A stretch of 64,000 bases of DNA from an uncultured Chloroflexia bacterium (GCA_963817245.1 CAWFNQ010000002.1:35281-99280); one strand, 5' to 3'. Shown: positions 16,595 through 26,041, counted from the stretch's first letter. Program-made: numbers and translations. The notes: generated by a model not told the origin, from the letters alone.

Positions 16595-17443
16595 CCGCGA
16601 CCTTCGACACGGTCGGTGCCATCGAGCGCGACCCGGCCCTTCGGACCGAGGCCGGCGTGGTCGACGCTGACGCCGGACGAGCTGCTGGCCGCGCTCGAAG
16701 CCGGGGAGCTGCGCGCCGCGGAGCCCGATCCATCGAGCCCGGACGGCTGGCGGGTGCGGGCCGAGGTCAAGACGGCGATCCTCGGCTGCTTCGCCGACCG
16801 GACGACGACGTCGTGGTCGATCGGTCCACTGACCTTCCGCGACCGCGCGGCGGTCCGGCCTCGGGACGACCTCGCGGACGGGCCGTGGCGGATCGTCCCC
16901 GGGGGCACCTCGATCCGCCGCGGGGCGTTCCTCGGCGAGTCCGTCGTCGTGATGCCGCCGTCGTACGTCAACGTCGGGGCGTGGGTCGGGGCCGGCACGA
17001 TGGTCGACTCGCACGTGCTCGTCGGCTCGTGCGCCCAGATCGGCGAGCGGGTCCACCTCTCGGCCGGGGTCACCATCGGCGGCGTCCTCGAACCGGCCGG
17101 CGCCCGCCCGGTCATCGTCGAGGACGACGCGTTCATCGGCGCCGGCAGCCGGTTGCTCGACGGCGTGCTCGTGGGTCGCGGCGCGGTCATCGCCGCCGGC
17201 GTCACGCTCACCGGGACCTCGCGGTTGTACGACCTGGTGCGCGAACGGGTGCTCGAGGGGACGGCCGACCGGCCACTCGTCGTCCCGTCGGATGCCGTGG
17301 TCGTGCCGGGCGCCCGGCCCGTGTCGGCCGCGCCCGGGTCGTTCGGGGCGGCCCACGGCCTGACCATCGCGACCGCCGTCCTGGTCAAGGACCGCGATGC
17401 CGGGACGTCGGCCCGGGTCGCGCTCGAAGCCGCGCTCCGATGA
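16591..17443 (+). CDS. dapD: 2,3,4,5-tetrahydropyridine-2,6-dicarboxylate N-succinyltransferase; probable frame change in the first ~25 codons (uninterrupted ORF starts at GTG 16616)
   Basis: RIVPGGTSIRRGAFLGESVVVMPPSYVNVGAWVGAGTMVDSHVLVGSCAQIGERVHLSAGVTIGGVLEP is the hexapeptide-repeat DapD core. ATG 16591 overlaps the dapA stop (ATGA) and reads MTATFDTVGAIERDPALRTEAG, resembling DapD N-termini, but in a different frame from the body. Confidence 0.8.
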
Positions 17444-18782
17444 GTCCGATCGGCGCCCCGGCGGCGGGCACCGCCGGGCCCGCCCGAGCGCCGGTGCCGA
17501 CCGAGGACGACGGGCTCATCCGGGGAGGTCGCATCGGCGGCGTCGAGGCCGCGGAGCTGGCGCGACGGTTCGGCACGCCGCTCTACGTCTACGACCTCGG
17601 TGTCGTCGACCGACGGGTCGCCGCCCTGCGCGCCGCGCTGCCTCCCGACGTCGACATCGCGTACGCCGTGAAGGCGAACCCGTCGCTCGCCGTCGTCGCG
17701 CATCTCGGACGGTCACGGGCTCGGCGCGGACGTGGCGTCGGCCGGCGAACTGGCCACCGCCATCCGCGCGGGGATCGAGCCCGGCAGGATCGTGATGACC
17801 GGGCCGGGCAAGCGCGACGACGAGCTGGAGGCCGCGGTCGAAGCCGGGATCCGCGCCGTCACGGTCGAGTCGCCCGGTGAGCTGGCACGCCTCGAGGCGA
17901 TCGCCGCCGGCCGCGGACGCCGCGTCCCGGTGATGCTTCGCGCCGCTCGGACGGGCGGCGTCCCCGACGAAGCCGTGCGGCTCATCGGCGATGCCGGCGC
18001 GGGCAAGTTCGGCATGGACGATGCGGATCTGCTCCGCGCCGCGATGCGGGCCGTCCGCTCGCCGCACCTCGACTGGCTCGGGCTGCATGCCTTCGGCGCA
18101 TCCAACGTCCGGGATGCGAACGCCCTGGTCGAGCATGCGCGCGGCGACGGCGGCGGCCGCCCGCGACCTGGCCCTCCGGACCGGGTCCACGGTCGCGCTC
18201 GTCGACATCGGCGGGGGCCTGGGGATCCCGTACGGCCCGGGCGAACGCGACCTCGACATCGAGGCGCTCGGGCTCGGGCCTTGCCGCGATGGCCGCCGAT
18301 CTGGGCGGACGATCCGGTCCTCGCCGGCGCTCGCCTCCTGATCGAACCCGGCCGGTTCCTGGTCGGTCCCGCCGGCGCCTACCTCGCCCGCGTCGTCGAT
18401 CGGAAGGTCGTCGATGGCTCGACGGTGGTCGTGCTCGACGGCGGCGTCCACCACGTGCTCCGACCCGCCCTCGTCCGCGAGCCGCACCGGGTGGTCGGCG
18501 GTCGGCCGCGCCGACGGGCCCGTCGAGCCGGTCACCGTCGTCGGCCCGCTGTGTACCGGCCTCGACGTGCTTGCCCGCCGGACCCAGATGTCCCGTCCCG
18601 AAGTCGGCGACCTGCTCGCCGTGCTGGACGTCGGGGCGTACGGGTTCACCGAGTCGATGCCGTTCTTCCTGTCGCACCCGATCCCGGCGGAGGTGGTCGT
18701 CCAGGCCGGCCGCGTCGCGCTCGTGCGCCCGCGGCAGGACCCCGGGGAGTGGCTCGCGCGCCAGACCCTGCCGGCCTGGTGA
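17440..18782 (+). pseudogene. lysA: Diaminopimelate decarboxylase, about 5 frame changes
   Basis: The ATG overlaps the dapD stop (ATGA). Pieces in different frames are: FGTPLYVYDLGVVDRRVAALRAALPPDVDIAYAVKANPSLAVV; GADVASAGELATAIRAGI...GKFGMD...LDWLGLHAFGASN; VALVDIGGGLGIPYGPGE; LAAMAADL; ADDPVLAGARLLIEPGRFLVGPAG; VTVVGPLCTGLDVLA...GDLLAVLDVGAYGFTESMPFFLSHP. Confidence 0.85.
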
Positions 18783-18937
18783 CGCGGCGTCGGGCCGGGC
18801 GGGCCAAGGCCGCCTATCTCCGCCAAGGTCGATAGCGAACTCTTCATCGTTCGGGATGCGGCATCGCTACCCGCGCTCGCTAGGGTGAGCTCATCGGCCC
18901 GCCCAGGACGCCGAGCCAGACGAAGGAATGCCGCTCC

Positions 18938-19393
18938 GTGCTCCACGCCGCCCCCGACGACCTTCCTCTCCTCGCCGAACGTCTCCGGTTCGGCGTCCCG
19001 CTCGTCGGGTTCGACGGCCGGATGATCCCGCTCCGCGACCACTTCGGACAGCCGGTCCCACCGATCCACGCCGCGCGCGAGCTGCTCGATTCGGGGGCCT
19101 GCCTGCTGGATCCGGCGGAGGCGCCAGGGTTCGTCCAGGACACCCTCGCCAGGGCCCGGGAGATCGAGACGGCCGCGTGCATGGAAGGCGTCGACGGGTT
19201 CGGGATCACGGCACGTGTCGCGGCGGTCCTCGTGAGCGCCGCGGTCCGCGCCCGGGCGATCGCGCGCCAGCACGACGTCAGCCCGAGCGAGATCAACCGC
19301 GCGACGCTGTCGTGGTACCAGCTGCACCAGCTCCAGCGACGGGCGCTGTTCGATCCGGAGCTCACGGCGAGTCGCCCCGCGCTGTCCGTGTAG
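18938..19393 (+). CDS. Hypothetical protein
   Basis: 151-aa ORF with a GTG start, high GC3 and protein-like composition. I recognise no family. Confidence 0.55.
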   Translation: MLHAAPDDLPLLAERLRFGVPLVGFDGRMIPLRDHFGQPVPPIHAARELLDSGACLLDPAEAPGFVQDTLARAREIETAACMEGVDGFGITARVAAVLVSAAVRARAIARQHDVSPSEINRATLSWYQLHQLQRRALFDPELTASRPALSV

Positions 19394-19457
19394 CCGTCGT
19401 CCCGGGCAGGGGCGGGCCGCTGGCATCGCCGTCCGGCGCGGTATCATCCGCGGGCGT

Positions 19458-19534
19458 CCGCCCGTAGCTCAGTGGATCAGAGCGACTGACTTCGGATCAG
19501 TAGGTCGGGGGTTCGAATCCCTCCGGGCGGGCCA
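19458..19534 (+). tRNA. tRNA-Arg (anticodon UCG)
   Basis: Hand-folded cloverleaf: acceptor CCGCCCG/CGGGCGG, D arm GCTC-AGTGGATCA-GAGC, anticodon stem ACTGA/TCAGT with loop CTTCGGA (anticodon TCG), T arm GGGGG-TTCGAAT-CCCTC, discriminator G, encoded CCA. Confidence 0.9.
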
Positions 19535-19536
19535 GC
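19514..19536 (+). repeat. attL-like 23-bp direct repeat (3' end of tRNA-Arg)
   Basis: CGAATCCCTCCGGGCGGGCCAGC is identical to 22445-22467. Confidence 0.8.
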
Positions 19537-19690
19537 TCGCCGCCATCACGGCCGGCGGATCATCACCGTCAACGCGCGGCCGAAGCGGTCAGTACCACCG
19601 ATGCGTCCGGACCTGCCGCGTGTGCGCCGCCCGAGCCGCGATGCGCAGACGCGAGCGCGAGATCATCCGGTCGCACCGTATGCTCGCTGG

Positions 19691-22357
19691 ATGGCGAGCC
19701 AGCTGTCCCGGTCGCGCGCTGCTTCCCTCCCCGTCGGCACGCTGACGTTCCTGTTCACGGACATCGAGGGATCGACCCGTCTCGTGGCTGCCCTGGGACC
19801 TGCGTTCGGCCCGCTTATCGAGCGCCACCACGCCGTCTTGCGCGCCGCGATCGGGGAGGCCGGTGGGATCGAGGTCTCCACCGAGGGAGACGCATTCTTC
19901 GTCGTCTTCCAGAGCGCCATTGCGGCAGTGGCGGGGACGGTCGCCGCACAGCGTTCCCTCGCGGCCGAGCCCTGGCTCCCCGGGGTCGGCGCCATCCGCG
20001 TTCGGATGGGACTCCACACGGGCGAGGGCATCCTGGGCGGAGAGGACTACGTGGGCCTCGATGTCCATCGGACGGCGCGGATCGCGGCGGCCGCCCACGG
20101 CGGCCAGATCCTCGTCTCCGAGGCGACGGCGACCCTCGTGCGAGACTCGCTGCCGGGAGATCTGCGATTGCGCGAACTCGGCGAGTTCCGGCTCAAGGAT
20201 CTCGACAAGCCCGAGCGCCTAGCCCAGCTCTCCGGGCCGGGCCTTTCCGACGACTTCCCGCCGCCGCGCACGCTGGAGACTCCGTCCAACCTGCCGACCG
20301 AGGTGACGACCTTCGTTGGCCGTGAACGCGAGGTCGGCGAGGTCTGCGAACTGGTGCGTCGGTCGCGGCTCGTGACGCTGACAGGCCCCGGCGGGTCTGG
20401 CAAGACACGGCTCAGCCTTCGCGTGGCCGAGCAGCTCCAGCCGGAGTACGCGAGCGGCGCCTTCTTCGTGGAGCTCGCCCCGATCAGCGACGCTGGCTTG
20501 ATCCCGACGACCATCGCCCAGGCGATCGGTCTCCGCGAGGACCCGCAGTGGCCGATCGTCGAGCTCCTTGAGGCGCACCTGCGCGATCTGCACCTGCTGC
20601 TCATCGCCGACAACTTCGAGCAGGTCGTCGATGGCGCACCGGTGGTGGGTCGGCTCCTCATGGCCGCGCCACACCTGACCGTCCTCGCGTCAAGCCGCGA
20701 GGTCCTTCACCTCCGGGGCGAGCAGGAGTATCCGGTCCCGCCGCTGGGCGTCCCCGACCCCCGCGACCTGCCGCCGCCCGAATCGCTCACTCGGTTCGAT
20801 GCGGTCGCGCTCTTCATCCAGCGCGCGCGTGCCGTGCGCCCCGACTTCGAGCTCGACGCTCAGAACGCATCGGCGGTCGCCGCCATCTGCATCCGCCTTG
20901 ACGGCCTCCCCCTCGCCATCGAGCTGGCCGCGGCCCGCATCAAGCTCTTCGATCCGACAGCGATCCTCGCACGGCTCGACAGGAGCTTGACGCTCCTGAC
21001 GAGCAGCGAACGCGATATCCCCGAGCGACAGCGCACCCTGCGCGGGGCCATCGCCTGGAGCCAAGACCTGCTGGACGAGCCGGAGCGCGTCCTCTTGAGA
21101 CGGCTCGCCGTGTTCGTCGGCAGCTGTACCGTCGACGGTGTGCTGGCAGTCTGCGACCCGGACGGCGAGCTTGATCTCGACATGCTCGACGCCCTGGGCT
21201 CGCTCGTCGACAAGAGTCTCCTGAAGCGAGTCGGATCGCCGGATGGCGAGCCCCGCTTCCTCATGTTGCAGACCATTCGCGACTACGGGCTGGAGCGGCT
21301 CATCGAGAGCGGTGAGGCAGAGCTGGTCCAGCGCCGGCACGAAGATCACTTCGTGGCCCTCGCACGGGCGGCCGAGCCCGAGCTCCTCGGCGCCCGCCCG
21401 ACGGAGTGGCTCGACCTCCTTGATGCCGAGCGGGACGACCTACGGGCGGCGATCCAGCGAGCGGCTGACGATGGGCGGATCGAGGTGGCCCTCGACGCGG
21501 CCGCGGCGCTGTGGCGGTTCTGGCAGCAGCGGGGACACCTGGTCGAGGGCCGCGAGACGCTCCGGGCGCTGCTCGACCTACCCACGGCGGCCAACCCGAC
21601 CGGGGCCCGCGCCAGGGCGCTCGGCGGCCTCGGCGGCGTGGCGTACTGGCAGGCTGACATCGCCACTGCCCAGCGCGCCTATGCGGAAGCCGTCTCCATC
21701 GAGCGCGGGCTCGATGACCGGGCCGGGCTCGCTGAAGCGCTATACAACGCCGGGTTCGTCGATGCGCTCATCGGCGATAGTCCTCGCGCTCGGGCCGAGT
21801 ACGACGAGGCGATCCGCATCTACGAGGCGATCGGGAACCGCAAGGGCCTGCTGGACGTTCGCGAGGCGCTTGTCTTCATCCACCTGCACTCCGGTGATCT
21901 GTCGGCGGCACGCGACGTCGAACGGCAGACGCTGGCGGACTTCCGGATCGCGGGCGAGTCCTTGCGGATCGCCAGCGCCCTGAGCGCCGGCACCCTGATT
22001 GACGTGCTGGACGGGGAGTACGAGGCGGCCCATGAGAGCCTCGACGAGGCACTCGCCATGTTCCGTGCGGCGGGCGATATGCAGCGCGTCTCCAGCCTCC
22101 TCACCATGGCGGCGGCCTTAGCGCTCGGCGAGGGCGACGCCGAGCGTGCCGCACGCCTCAGCGGTGCCGCCGCGGTGCTGATGGAACCGCTGGGCCACGT
22201 CGCCACGCCGATGCAGCTCCTGCGGTTGGATGACCCTGTGCCTGCGGCCCGAGCGGCTCTGGGCGACGACGCCTTCGATGGCGCGTATGCAGCGGGACGG
22301 TCGCTGAGCCTCGACGAGGCCCTCGAGCTGGCGCGCGCGAGGACGGCACCGACCTGA
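19691..22357 (+). CDS. Class III adenylate/guanylate cyclase domain fused to a P-loop NTPase (NB-ARC/AAA-like) and TPR repeats (STAND-type signalling protein)
   Basis: LTFLFTDIEGSTRL...GIEVSTEGDAFFVVF...VRMGLHTGE...GLDVHRTARIAAAAHGGQILVS is the cyclase domain. FVGREREVGEV...LVTLTGPGGSGKTRL is the Walker A. LLIADNFEQV is Walker B-like. The C-terminal ~400 aa are TPR-like. ATG 19691 (MASQLSR) is preferred over the ORF-track start 19601. Confidence 0.85.
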   Translation: MASQLSRSRAASLPVGTLTFLFTDIEGSTRLVAALGPAFGPLIERHHAVLRAAIGEAGGIEVSTEGDAFFVVFQSAIAAVAGTVAAQRSLAAEPWLPGVGAIRVRMGLHTGEGILGGEDYVGLDVHRTARIAAAAHGGQILVSEATATLVRDSLPGDLRLRELGEFRLKDLDKPERLAQLSGPGLSDDFPPPRTLETPSNLPTEVTTFVGREREVGEVCELVRRSRLVTLTGPGGSGKTRLSLRVAEQLQPEYASGAFFVELAPISDAGLIPTTIAQAIGLREDPQWPIVELLEAHLRDLHLLLIADNFEQVVDGAPVVGRLLMAAPHLTVLASSREVLHLRGEQEYPVPPLGVPDPRDLPPPESLTRFDAVALFIQRARAVRPDFELDAQNASAVAAICIRLDGLPLAIELAAARIKLFDPTAILARLDRSLTLLTSSERDIPERQRTLRGAIAWSQDLLDEPERVLLRRLAVFVGSCTVDGVLAVCDPDGELDLDMLDALGSLVDKSLLKRVGSPDGEPRFLMLQTIRDYGLERLIESGEAELVQRRHEDHFVALARAAEPELLGARPTEWLDLLDAERDDLRAAIQRAADDGRIEVALDAAAALWRFWQQRGHLVEGRETLRALLDLPTAANPTGARARALGGLGGVAYWQADIATAQRAYAEAVSIERGLDDRAGLAEALYNAGFVDALIGDSPRARAEYDEAIRIYEAIGNRKGLLDVREALVFIHLHSGDLSAARDVERQTLADFRIAGESLRIASALSAGTLIDVLDGEYEAAHESLDEALAMFRAAGDMQRVSSLLTMAAALALGEGDAERAARLSGAAAVLMEPLGHVATPMQLLRLDDPVPAARAALGDDAFDGAYAAGRSLSLDEALELARARTAPT

Positions 22358-22444
22358 GCGAGGGCTCCGTTGCCGGTCGTTCCTCCTTGACCCGAGTATG
22401 GCGTCGCTGATCTGCATGCGGCTCGTGTGTTGTTCATACGCGCC

Positions 22445-22467
22445 CGAATCCCTCCGGGCGGGCCAGC
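22445..22467 (+). repeat. attR-like 23-bp direct repeat of the tRNA-Arg 3' end
   Basis: CGAATCCCTCCGGGCGGGCCAGC is identical to 19514-19536. No tRNA body precedes it. Confidence 0.8.
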
Positions 22468-22714
22468 ATCCACGCGCGAAGCGACCCCGGACCAGCGTCC
22501 GCGGGTCGTTCTGATTCGGCCGCCCCCGAGCCGGTACCCAACTCGGGCGCGTGGGACCCTCGGCAGGCAAGGATCACGTCGGTCTGATCGGCTGCTCCGC
22601 CGAGCATCGCGTCGGTCAGGTGGCCGGAGACGTCAGCCGTGGAGGTCAGAGTTGCGTGGCCGAATGCCCGTTTGGCCCCGCAAGGTCGCGTGACTCGTGA
22701 TTCGTCCCGTCAGG

Positions 22715-23104
22715 TCAGCTCCAGAACTCATCGTCGGCGTACTGGTCGCCGGGGTGGAACCACGATTCGGTAACCTTGCCGCTCTTGACGTGGAAGACCT
22801 GCGCGCCGTTGTCCTTCAGCATCTTCCCTTCACGTTGCGCGGTCAGCGTGACCAGGGCGACGACATGCTCGTCGTTCGCCAGCACATCGTGGATTTCGGT
22901 GCGGAAGGTGCCGCCCGCACGCACGGCGAGGCTAGCGAAGAACCCGAGGACGTCGGCTTTGCCCTTGTAGTCCCCCGCGATCGGGCTGCGTCCGCCGGCG
23001 TGCCAGACGATGTCGTCGGCGAATAGCTCGCTCAGCGTCCCGACGTCTCCACTCCCGAATGCCGCGTAGCCGCGACGGACCAGATCCTCGTTCGGATGCG
23101 CCAT
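22715..23104 (-). CDS. SnoaL-like / NTF2-fold protein
   Basis: 129 aa: MAHPNEDLVRRGYAAFGSGDVGTLSELFADDIVWHAGG...VFHVKSGKVTESWFH is the typical SnoaL_2 pattern. Confidence 0.7.
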   Translation of the reverse strand: MAHPNEDLVRRGYAAFGSGDVGTLSELFADDIVWHAGGRSPIAGDYKGKADVLGFFASLAVRAGGTFRTEIHDVLANDEHVVALVTLTAQREGKMLKDNGAQVFHVKSGKVTESWFHPGDQYADDEFWS

Positions 23105-23198
23105 TCTCCGCTCCTCCTCGTGGCTCGGGACTACTGCGACCGGTCGCCGGATGCGCCGGGACTCGCTGCTGTTCCGTCCGATCCCGCGGCGGTGAACC

Positions 23199-24212
23199 TT
23201 ACGGCTGATGGAACCTGAGTACGACGTCGCCGAACGGCTGTGACCCGTAGATATCGCCTTGCTTGTCTACGGCGATCAACCCGACATCGGGGGAAAAGCC
23301 GCTCAGTGCGGCCAGGAAGGCCCCGCTGCCGTCGTACTTGCAGATTCGATCGTTGACCAGGTCGTTCACATAGACGTTGCCCTGGGAATCGAGCGCCACG
23401 CCCGTTGCCTCCATTAAGGGACGGTCGTCCCCGCAGCCATCCCACTTCGCCACGAACTGCATGTCGCGATCGAACACCTGGAGCCCATTCTGGCGGTCCG
23501 TCACGTAGACATTCCCAAGGGCGTCGGTGGCGATGTCGGCGAGTTCCTCGCTGAATTGACCGGCGCCGATGCCTCGGCTGCCCCATTTCGCCAGGAACTT
23601 GCCGTTGTTGTCGAACTTCTGGATACGCGACGTGATCGGATCGCCGACGTAGACGTTCCCATCTCGATCGACGGTTATGCCGAACGGGCCAGTGAACTGA
23701 CCGTTCCCCTTACCCGGGCTGCCCCACTTCGCGAGGAACTTGCCGTTGCCGTCGAACTTCTGGACACGATAGTTGCCGGAGTCCGTGACATACACGTTCC
23801 CATCGCCATCGACGGCCAGCCCACAGACGCCGCAGTCGAACTGACCGTCCTTGCTGCCCTGGCTGCCCCACTTCCGGAGTAGGTGCCCCTCGCCGTCGAG
23901 CTTTTGGATCCGGGAGTTGCCGGCATCCGCCACATACAGATCGCCTTTCTGGTCGAGCCCGATCCCGTCCGGCTTGCTGAACAGGTCCGGCGCACCGGTG
24001 AACGTCGAGACCAACTCCATGGGGCTCGGTGTGGACCGGCTCGTGGCCGGCGACGCGGCGACCGTCGGCGCCGCCGCAGAAGGCGCCGCCACGAAGGTCG
24101 ACCCGCGCGGGGTGATGCTTGGCGCGGAAGTCGGTCCCGGTCCAGAGCTACAGCCGGACATCAGGAGGCTGGCGACGATGACGCCCAGCCATGCAGGGGG
24201 CCGCGCGATCAA
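23199..24212 (-). CDS. NHL-repeat beta-propeller lipoprotein
   Basis: Lipobox LLMSGC-S. It has six repeats of the type GQFxxPxGIAVDxxGNVYVxDxxNxRIQKF. Confidence 0.8.
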   Translation of the reverse strand: MIARPPAWLGVIVASLLMSGCSSGPGPTSAPSITPRGSTFVAAPSAAAPTVAASPATSRSTPSPMELVSTFTGAPDLFSKPDGIGLDQKGDLYVADAGNSRIQKLDGEGHLLRKWGSQGSKDGQFDCGVCGLAVDGDGNVYVTDSGNYRVQKFDGNGKFLAKWGSPGKGNGQFTGPFGITVDRDGNVYVGDPITSRIQKFDNNGKFLAKWGSRGIGAGQFSEELADIATDALGNVYVTDRQNGLQVFDRDMQFVAKWDGCGDDRPLMEATGVALDSQGNVYVNDLVNDRICKYDGSGAFLAALSGFSPDVGLIAVDKQGDIYGSQPFGDVVLRFHQP

Positions 24213-24407
24213 GGCTGGATGCTGAATCTCGTCTTCACATATCGCTCTTCTGACCTCACGTCGGGCGAGCAGAACGGCGAGATCCTTTGGGCGGACCGTC
24301 TGCGTCCACGTCGGAACATACGCCCAAGCCGTATCGGCGGCGTCCGCAGTCCGGCACGGTGGAGGCAGCCGAGCCCGGTCGCGAGACGATGCGCGCCATT
24401 CCGACCA

Positions 24408-24440
24408 TCGAAAGAGGCCGGCCCAGTGTGGGCCGGCCTC
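24408..24440 (-). terminator. Intrinsic terminator after the ester-cyclase gene
   Basis: On the minus strand GAGGCCGGCCCA-CAC-TGGGCCGGCCTC forms a perfect 12-bp stem followed by TTTCGAT. It lies between gene 24482-24919 and the NHL gene. Confidence 0.65.
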
Positions 24441-24481
24441 GTGAGTCTGCGGCTGAGTGACCTAGGGGGTCGATCTCGCGA

Positions 24482-24919
24482 CTAGACCGTGACGGGGGTC
24501 CGTCCGGGAGCTGCGATGACGCCCAGCTGGACCATCATGCCCAACTCCTGGATCAGGCCCCAATGCTCAACGACGTGCTCGTTGGCGACACGCGAGATGT
24601 GGATCTCAGTCCACGTCGCGCGCTTGCCGGTGGCCGGCATGCCGGCGAATTCGCCGCGCATCGTGCCGCTTGCGGTGAGCCGAGTCACGAACTTGTCGCC
24701 AGCCTCGATCGAATCGTCGATCGTGTAGTGAAGGTCCGGGAACGCCGTACGGAGCGACGTCACGAACTGCTTGAAGCCCTCGCGTGTCGGCGCCACGCCG
24801 CTCTGCGGCATCCGTTCGACATACTCGGGCGCGTAGAGCTCGTCGATGAGCTGCAGCTTGCCCTGGTTGTAGATCTCGAGCGGGATCCGGTCGAGCTTGG
24901 TCTTGAGGATCGTGGTCAT
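24482..24919 (-). CDS. Ester cyclase / SnoaL-like polyketide cyclase family protein
   Basis: MTTILKTKLDRIPLEIYNQGKLQLIDELYAPEYVERMP...FPDLHYTIDDSIEAGDKFVTRLTASGTMRGEFAGMPATGKRATWTEIHISRV. 145 aa from ATG 24919; the longer ORF-track N-terminus is judged spurious. Confidence 0.75.
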   Translation of the reverse strand: MTTILKTKLDRIPLEIYNQGKLQLIDELYAPEYVERMPQSGVAPTREGFKQFVTSLRTAFPDLHYTIDDSIEAGDKFVTRLTASGTMRGEFAGMPATGKRATWTEIHISRVANEHVVEHWGLIQELGMMVQLGVIAAPGRTPVTV

Positions 24920-25047
24920 GGGAAACCACCTCTCGTTGTTGCGTCGGCACTGCCGCGACGGTGGCCCAGTGGCGACGTTGCTTGGTCGCGGCTGTGTGGA
25001 ACCTCCGGCGTCTCGTGCTTGTGTGGGAACAGCACTGACACTGCGTA

Positions 25048-25659
25048 GTGTATGGTACGAGTCACATGATGTCAACCGAACGATTGACGCCGACCTCCTA
25101 CCTCGTGCTGGGTTTGCTGGCGCGCGAGGGGCCCTCGACCCCCTACGCGCTCGAGCGGCAGGTCGCGGCCACGCTGGGCAATTTCTGGTCATTCCCTCAT
25201 ACCCTGCTGTACAGCGAGCCGACACGCCTCGAGGCGCTCGGGCTGGTGACCGAGAATCGCGAGTCGGGAGGTCGACGCCGACGCATGTTCGCGATCACGC
25301 CGATCGGCCGCGAGGCGCTCGGGGCCTGGCTCGAGCGGCCTGCCGACGTACCGACAGAGCTTCGTGACCGCGGGCTGCTTCAGCTCTTCTTCATGGACCT
25401 GGCCTCCGACGAAGCCCGTCTGCGCCTTGCGCAGAAGCAACTCGCGATCCATCGATCGAAGCTGTCGGCGTACGAGATCGATGCTCGCCTCGAGCGACGG
25501 GGTGGCACGACGGGTATGGGCGTTCGGACCGCCGAGCATTGGCGAGGGGCGACCCTGCCGATGGGCCTGCTGTACGAGCGAGCAGCTGTCGCCTTCTGGA
25601 CCAGCGTCGCCGAGGACGCGGCGGGGCCCGACGCAGCCAGCGAACCGGCCGGGCCGTGA
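25048..25659 (+). CDS. PadR family transcriptional regulator
   Basis: LTPTSYLVLGLLAREGPSTPYALERQVAATLGNFWSFPHTLLYSEPTRLEALGLV is the PadR winged helix, followed by a C-terminal dimerisation-type domain. It is divergent from the ester cyclase. The start may be a few codons downstream. Confidence 0.75.
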   Translation: MYGTSHMMSTERLTPTSYLVLGLLAREGPSTPYALERQVAATLGNFWSFPHTLLYSEPTRLEALGLVTENRESGGRRRRMFAITPIGREALGAWLERPADVPTELRDRGLLQLFFMDLASDEARLRLAQKQLAIHRSKLSAYEIDARLERRGGTTGMGVRTAEHWRGATLPMGLLYERAAVAFWTSVAEDAAGPDAASEPAGP

Positions 25660-25783
25660 TCAGGCGGGCGCCGATCCAAGGCCCCGAAGTCGACCTGATC
25701 CCACTACCTCGTCGGGAGCGTCGCGGCCCCGAGGCGCATACTCGGCAGAGAGCGGGCCCCTCGGGCTCGACGATGACGGGGTC

Positions 25784-26041
25784 ATGATGACGAAGCATTC
25801 GAGGCGAGAGCGCGAGCGACGCGACCAGGAGACCGTCCGGGTCCGGGAGATCGAGGCGGCCTGGGTGGGAAGCGTGCCACCGGCGATCGCGCGCGCGTTC
25901 GCGCTGGACGTCGACGCCGCACGGGCGCGCGGCCCCGAGCCGCGTCGACCGGACATGGTTCCCGGGACCCGGCCGAACCCACCGCGCCCGGGGCGTGAAC
26001 CCCGCCCGCCGAAGGATTCGGAGCGGCCGCGCCGCGGGTAG
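25784..26041 (+). CDS. Possible small Arg/Pro-rich hypothetical protein
   Basis: MMTKHSRRERERRDQETVRVREIEAAWVGSVPPAIARAFALDVDAARARG... Its TAG stop abuts the ATG of the next gene. GC3 is high, but the C-terminal half is low-complexity. Confidence 0.3.
   Translation: MMTKHSRRERERRDQETVRVREIEAAWVGSVPPAIARAFALDVDAARARGPEPRRPDMVPGTRPNPPRPGREPRPPKDSERPRRG

Larger units (their letters stand above)
19537..22467 (+). mobile_element. Small tRNA-Arg-associated genomic islet (~2.9 kb) with a single cargo gene and no integrase
   Basis: It is bounded by the 23-bp perfect direct repeat of the tRNA 3' end (19514-36 and 22445-67). The only convincing gene inside is 19691-22357. Confidence 0.6.

Noticed and set aside
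19537-22467. A prophage or ICE at the tRNA-Arg att repeats.
   Set aside because: The segment is only 2.9 kb and is almost fully occupied by one signalling gene. No integrase, excisionase, capsid, replication or conjugation gene is readable in any frame. It is reported as a minimal or remnant islet instead.
25364-25783. N-terminal 140 codons of ORF 25364-26041 as part of a 225-aa protein.
   Set aside because: This part overlaps the 3' half of the PadR gene in another frame and is low-complexity. Only the last 85 codons (25784-26041) are kept, as a low-confidence small gene.
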